Below are positions 58,564 through 64,000 of a stretch of 64,000 nt of DNA, in pieces. Numbering within the stretch: position 1 is the stretch's first letter; every line of letters begins with the position of its first letter. This DNA is from Macrostomum hystrix (lineage: Eukaryota > Animalia > Platyhelminthes): contig CATNEN010000024.1 in the NCBI GenBank assembly GCA_950097015.1, positions 1,426,001 to 1,490,000 of the forward strand. Reading direction: 5' to 3'. A model generated the notes under the pieces. It saw only the letters and a list, made by a program, of their open reading frames with translations, was not told the DNA's origin and ran no database searches. Both the position numbers and the translations under genes were made by a program.

Positions 58564-61500
58564 CTATACAGAGCAGTCCTCATCGGAGTCTTGCCCCATC
58601 AATTCATTGAGAGTGACATCGTTACCAATCTGACAATGGACACCGTCGATCATTGGTGTCAAAGGTCCGTTGAGCGTCAAGCGCAGCAGAGGCGGATTAT
58701 TATCCAGTACAGTGCGGGACACGTAGCCAGTGATGACGCTGCGGGCCCTGTGTCTGGCGTTAGACTGCAGCAGAGAAGGCAGGGCCGCGTCCTTCGACGT
58801 CGCCCCACCGTCGGCCTTGACCAGGTAGCGCAGGCTAATCTTATCGTTTAACAATTTCACCAGGCGATTGGATTTCAGCTCCTCCGGGCTGAATGGCTCC
58901 AGGGCTTCAACGACACCGCTTGGATTCTTCCAGGTGACCGACAGGTAGCAGGTGGTCTCGGAGAAGCGCAACAGAAATGAGCCGCTATGATAATTGGACT
59001 GGCTGAGCAGTGCTTTGGCGGCAGATTTGCTAGCGAAGCCATAGACGAGTCCATTGTACCACAGCTCGGGACAATTATCTCGCACGTATTTGATGCAGGA
59101 GAATACAAACTCGCACATGCTTCGATTCAGACTGGGCAGCTTGTTCTTGTTCAAGCTAGTCAGGGTTATCGCTGACGCGGAGCCTGAGGGTTCGGGGGGG
59201 CATGACGCTCAATGGAGTCTCATCATGGGTGTCAGCGGAACCCGAGGATCTGGGTGGTGTCAGCGGAACCGAGGAATTGGGTGGGTGTCAGCGGAACCGA
59301 GGAATTGGGCGGGTGTCAGCGGAACCCCAGGATCTGGTGGGTGTCAGTGGAACCCCAGGATCTGGTGGGTGTCAGCGGGACCCCAGGATCTGGTGGGTGT
59401 CAGCGGAACCCGAAGATCTGGTGGGTGTCAGCAGAACCTGAGGATCTGGTGGGGTAGCGGAACCCGAGGATCAAGTGGGTGTCAGCGGAACCCCAGGATC
59501 TGGTGGGAACCGTAAATTTTGGGATTCTGGTACTCTAGCGGAACCTGAGAATTTGGGTGGAACCTGACGATCTGGGTGGGACCGTCAGCGGAACCTGACG
59601 ATCTGGGTGGGACCGTCAGCGGAACCTGACGATCTAGGTGGGACCGTCAGCGGAACCTGACGATCTGGGTGGGACCGTCAGCGGAACCTGACGATCTGGG
59701 TGGGACCGTCAGCGGAACCTGACGATCTGGGTGGGACCGTCAGCGGAACCTGACGATCTGGGTGGGACCGTCAGCGGAACCTGACGATCTGGGTGGGACC
59801 GTCAGCTGAACCTGACGATCTGTGTGGGACCGTCAGCCGAACCCGAGAATCTGGGTGGAACCGTCAGCGGAACTTGAGGGTCTGGGCAGGGGTCAGCGGA
59901 GCCTGAGGGTCTGGGTAGGGGTCACGGAGCCTGAGGATGTGGTGGGTGTCAGCGGAGCCTGAGGGTCTGGGTGGGTGTCAGCGGAGCCTGAGGGTCTGGG
60001 TGGGTGTCAGCGGAGCCTGAGGGTCTGGGTGGGTGTCACGGAGCCTGAGGGTCTGGGTGGGTGTCAGCGGAGCCTGAGGGTCTGGGTGGGTGTCAGCGGA
60101 GCCTGAGGATGTGGTGGGTGTCAGCAGAACCTGACGATCTGGCTGGGACCGTCAGCGGAACCTGACGATCTGGGTGGGACCGTCAGCGGAACCTGACGAT
60201 CTGGGTGGGACCGTCAGCGGAACCTGACGATCTGTGTGGGACCGTCAGCCGAACCTGAGAATCTGGGTGGAACCGTCAGCGGAGCCTGAGGGTCTGGGTA
60301 GGGGTCACGGAGCCTGAGGATGTGGTGGGTGTCAGCGGAGCCTGAGGGTCTGGGTGGGTGTCAGCGGAACTTGAGGGTCTGGGTAGGGGTCACGGAGCCT
60401 GAGGATCTGGGTGGGTGTCAGCGGAGCCTGAGGATGTGGTGGGTGTCAGCGGAACTTGAGGGTCTGGGTGGGTGTCACGGAGCCTGAGGGTCTGGGTGGG
60501 TGTCAGCGGAGCCTGAGGATGTGGTGGGTGTCAGCGGAACCTGAGGATCTGGTGGGTGTCAGCGGAACTTGAGGATCTGGTGGGTGTCAGCGGAACCTGA
60601 GGATCTGGTGGGTGTCAGCGGAACTTGAGGATCTGGTGGGTGTCAGCGGAACCTGAGGATCTGGTGGGTGTCAGCGGAACTTGAGGGTCTGGGTGGGTGT
60701 CACGGAGCCTGAGGGTCTGGGTGGGTGTCAGCGGAGCCTGAGGATGTGGTGGGTGTCAGCGGAACTTGAGGATCTGGTGGGTGTCAGCGGAACCTGAGGA
60801 TCTGGTGGGTGTCAGCGGAACTTGAGGATCTGGTGGGTGTCAGCGGAACCTGAGGATCTGGTGGGTGTCAGCGGAACTTGAGGATCTGGTGGGTGTCAGC
60901 GGAACCTGAGGATCTGGTGGGTGTCAGCGGAGCCTGAGGGTCTGGGTAGGGGTCACGGAGCCTGAGGGTCTGGGTAGGGGTCACGGAGCCTGAGGGTCTG
61001 GGTAGGGGTCACGGAGCCTGAGGATCTGGGTAGGGGTCAGCGGAGCCTGAGGGTCTGGGTAGGGGTCACGGAGCCTGAGGATCTGGGTAGGGGGTCAGCG
61101 GAGCCTGAGGGTCTGGGTGGGTGTCAGCGGAGCCTGAGGGTCTGGGTAGGGGTCACGGAGCCTGAGGATCTGGTGGGTGTCAGCGGAACCTGAGGATCTG
61201 GTGGGTGTCAGCGGAACCTGAGGATCTGGTGGGTGTCAGCGGAGCCTGAGGGTCTGGGTAGGCGTCAGCGGAGCCTGAGGATCTGGTGGGTGTCAGCGGA
61301 ACCTGAGGATCTGGTGGGTGTCAGCGGAACCCGAGGATCTGGTGGGAACCGTAAATTTTGGGATTCTGGTATTCTGGCGGAACCTGAGAATTTGGGTGGA
61401 ACCTGACGATCTGGGTGGGACCGTCAGCGGAACCTGACGATCTCGGTGGGACCGTCAGCGGAACCTGACGATCTGTGTGGGACCGACAGCCGAACCTGAG

Positions 61501-63849
61501 AATCTGGTGGGTGTCAGCGGAACCTGAGGATCTGGTGGGTGTTAGTCGTGTTCACTGAACCTCACCGGTAGGTCCAGCATCTAGCAGCAAGCCGAGGTAG
61601 TCTCGCTGGGCCGCAGTCAGCCCGAAGCCCAGCTCTAGCATGGCAAGCCTGTCAAAGATGCGCACAGCATCTGTTGTGCTGAGTGTCGGCTGAGTTTCAA
61701 AGCCGCGCCGGTCAACTAGCGCAGCCACCGAGTCGTGCAGCACAGTGAGTGTGGCAGCTGGCTTCTGGCTGTCGTGTGTGATGAATACCACTGGCAGAGA
61801 GCAGCAGATGGCCAAGGTAGCTGTGCTGCTGAGCTGCGGTTCGGTTAATTGCGGATGCTACTTTAATCACTTTGAACACTTTCCTGAAGCATGAGAACCT
61901 GGCTTGACAAGCATCATCTAAGGTCACGTCGATTTCTCAGGTCTGATAGAATCCCCTCAGACTCGGATCTCCAGGTCTGATAGAATCACCTCAGCCTCGG
62001 ATCTTCAGGTCTGATAGAATCCCTCAGCCTCGGATCTTTAGGTCTGATAGAATCCCTCAGCCTCGGATCTTCAGGTCTGATAGAATCCCCTCAGACTCGG
62101 ATCTCCAGGTCTGATAGAATCCCCTCAGACTCGGATCTTCAGGTCTGATAGAATCCCTCAGCCTCGGATCTTTAGGTCTGATAGAATCCCTCAGCCTCGG
62201 ATCTTCAGGTCTGATGGAATTCCTCAGACTCGGATCTTCAGGTCTGATGGAATCCCCTCAGACTCGGATCTTCAGGTCTGATAGAATCCCTCAGACTCGG
62301 ATCTTCAGGTCTGATAGAATCCCCTCAGCCTCGGATCTTCAGGTCTGATAGAATCCCCTCAGACTCGGATCTCCAGGTCTGATAGAATCCCCTCAGCCTC
62401 GGATCTTCAGGTCTGATAGAATCCCTCAGACTCGGATCTTCAGGTCTGATAGAATCCCCTCAGCCTCGGATCTTCAGGTCTGATAGAATCCCTCAGACTC
62501 GGATCTTCAGGTCTGATAGAATCCCTCAGACTCGGATCTTCAGGTCTGATAGAATCCCTCAGACTCGGATCTTCAGGTCTGATAAAATCCCTCAGGGAGT
62601 TGCCTTTAAGTCACTTCATTACCTTCTTGAACTCGTCGGACTGAAACTCTGCGAACACAACTAAAGCGAATTTTTTGTGGCACACGCCCCCGCCTCCGCC
62701 ACCACCGGTGCTGCTGCCGCTGCCACTGCTGCTGCCACCGCTGCCTGCCATCTCCCTTGGCAACGAGGTGAATTTCATCTTCAGAACCGGTCCGTCCCGG
62801 CTCTCGTTCGGACTAGTCGCGGATCCGCAAGGACTCCAGGTGCACCTACCGCTTTGGTTCTCCAGTCCGGATTCGCTGTGCAGCTTCTCCAGCTGGTTCA
62901 AATCGATGGACTCCAGTTCCTTAGCCTGATCCTCGGTGAGCACGGCAACGCGCAAATTGAGCAGTCGTTGAGTCAGGTAGCGAGGGCACAGGTGACGCAG
63001 GCGCAACTCGTACTTGGCCTTGCCTTTTTTAATTACACGATCCGACTGAGAAGTTATGACTAGGCAGCTGCGGGAATAGACATGAGCCATGGGATCTGCT
63101 GGAGATCACAGCTGCGGAGATAGACATGAGCCATGGGATCTGCTGGAGATAACAGCTGTGGGGATAGACATGAGCCATGGGATCTGCTGGAGATCACAGC
63201 TGCGGGGATAGACATGAGCCATGGGATCTGCTGGAGATCACAGCTGCGGGGATAGACATGAGCCATGGGATCTGCTGGAGATCACAGCTGTGGGGATAGA
63301 CATGAGCCATGGGATCTGCTGGAGATCACAGCTGTGGGGATAGACATGAGCCATGGGATCTGCTGGAGATCACAGCTGCGGGGATAGACATGAGTCATGG
63401 GATCTGCTGAAGATCACAGCTGCGGGGATAGACATGAGCCATGGGATCTGCTGGAGATCACAGCTGCGGGGATAGACATGAGCCATGGGATCTGATGGAG
63501 ATCACAGCTGCGGGAATAGACATGAGCCATGGGATCTGCTGGAGATCACAGCAATGGGAAAATGGCCAATGAATTGAATCTGAAGCTGAATTTAAGCTAA
63601 GCAAACGAATAAAACGTACCTAGCTAACAAAGACAAGCCGAAAGTACCCGCCTCATCAGCGCTGAGCAGTTTGCAGTTTTGGAGCCTCTCCAGACTCTCT
63701 AGCGTGTCCACGGTGTCACTGGCCAGCTGGGACAGCTCACTCTCGCACACTTCATTTACAAAGGCCAGCTTGGCGCGCACTGACAGTTTGGTTAGCAGCT
63801 TGGCATGCGTGGCCTGGATGCTTGTCGATAACTGCTGAAGCTCGAAAGC
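58564..63849 (-). CDS. STAT: STAT-family transcription factor, 3' part (end of coiled coil, DNA-binding, linker, SH2, pTyr tail); 5' exons lie beyond the window
   Basis: Exons 63849-63620, 63067-62623, 61833-61566 and about 59183-58564, with matching phases 2, 0 and 1. Motifs: CLVITSQ..RV, KKFALV, SLPVVFITHDSQ..AATLTVLHD, LWYNGLVYGFASK, GSFLLRFSE (SH2 Arg) and TGYV (phospho-Tyr site). Confidence 0.88.
59185..61545. repeat. Composite minisatellite (about 27-30-bp units, ggaacctgaggatctggtgggtgtcagc family) filling almost the whole last STAT intron
   Basis: About 2.4 kb of variant units. Many contain ggagcctgaggg, identical to the real acceptor region. Confidence 0.95.
61935..62596. repeat. 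Minisatellite, 33-34-bp unit ctcggatcttcaggtctgatagaatcccctcaga (STAT intron)
   Basis: Tandem array. Confidence 0.95.
63065..63555. repeat. Minisatellite, 44-bp unit gggatagacatgagccatgggatctgctggagatcacagctgcg, ending at a STAT acceptor
   Basis: About 11 copies. The terminal copy supplies the acceptor at 63068. Confidence 0.95.
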
Positions 63850-63889
63850 CTGATTTACGGCGTAAAATTTGCTTAAGGAGAGTATCGAA

Positions 63890-64000
63890 GCAAGGTGTCA
63901 GGAGAGGGAGCGAGGTGTCAAGAGAGGGAGAGAGGTGTTAGGAGTGGAAGCGAGGTGTCAAGAGAGGGAGTGAGGTGTCAAGAGAGGGAGTGAGGTGTCA
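63890..64000. repeat. Minisatellite, 20-bp unit gaggtgtcaagagagggagt (STAT intron, runs off the window)
   Basis: Tandem array. Confidence 0.85.

Overview
Eukaryotic (metazoan, invertebrate) genomic DNA with GT-AG introns, GC-rich exons, AT-rich intergenic DNA and about 25 unrelated minisatellite arrays covering roughly a quarter of the window. This style resembles free-living flatworms such as Macrostomum (inference only). In order, the window holds: an HDDC2-like HD-domain gene (-); a 279-bp MITE; a young full-length Ty3/Gypsy LTR retrotransposon with apparently identical 384-bp LTRs, TAAC TSD, tRNA-Leu PBS and a -1 frameshift signal; a second MITE; a single-exon invertebrate claudin (+); a 10-exon CUBx3-LDLa-TM gene (+); a BAMBI-like pseudoreceptor (-); two tandem, intact 12-exon ionotropic glutamate receptor-like genes (-) plus an orphan first exon of a third paralog; an angiomotin-like exon (-); an orphan 7TM receptor (+); and the 3' part of a divergent STAT (-). 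The main findings are four. (1) The iGluR pair looks like an exon-shuffled, gene-converted chimera system in which N-terminal domains are homogenised while the ligand-binding and pore segments stay divergent. (2) Several intronic minisatellites are tandem copies of the authentic splice site, in one case offering in-frame +15/+30 aa isoforms. (3) The HDDC2 ORF has no initiator ATG but has a phase-0 acceptor, compatible with an AUG supplied by a trans-spliced leader. (4) In the STAT, the basic DNA-contacting loop is replaced by Gly/Ser. Exon structures were deduced by eye from homology and splice phase; no database search was run.
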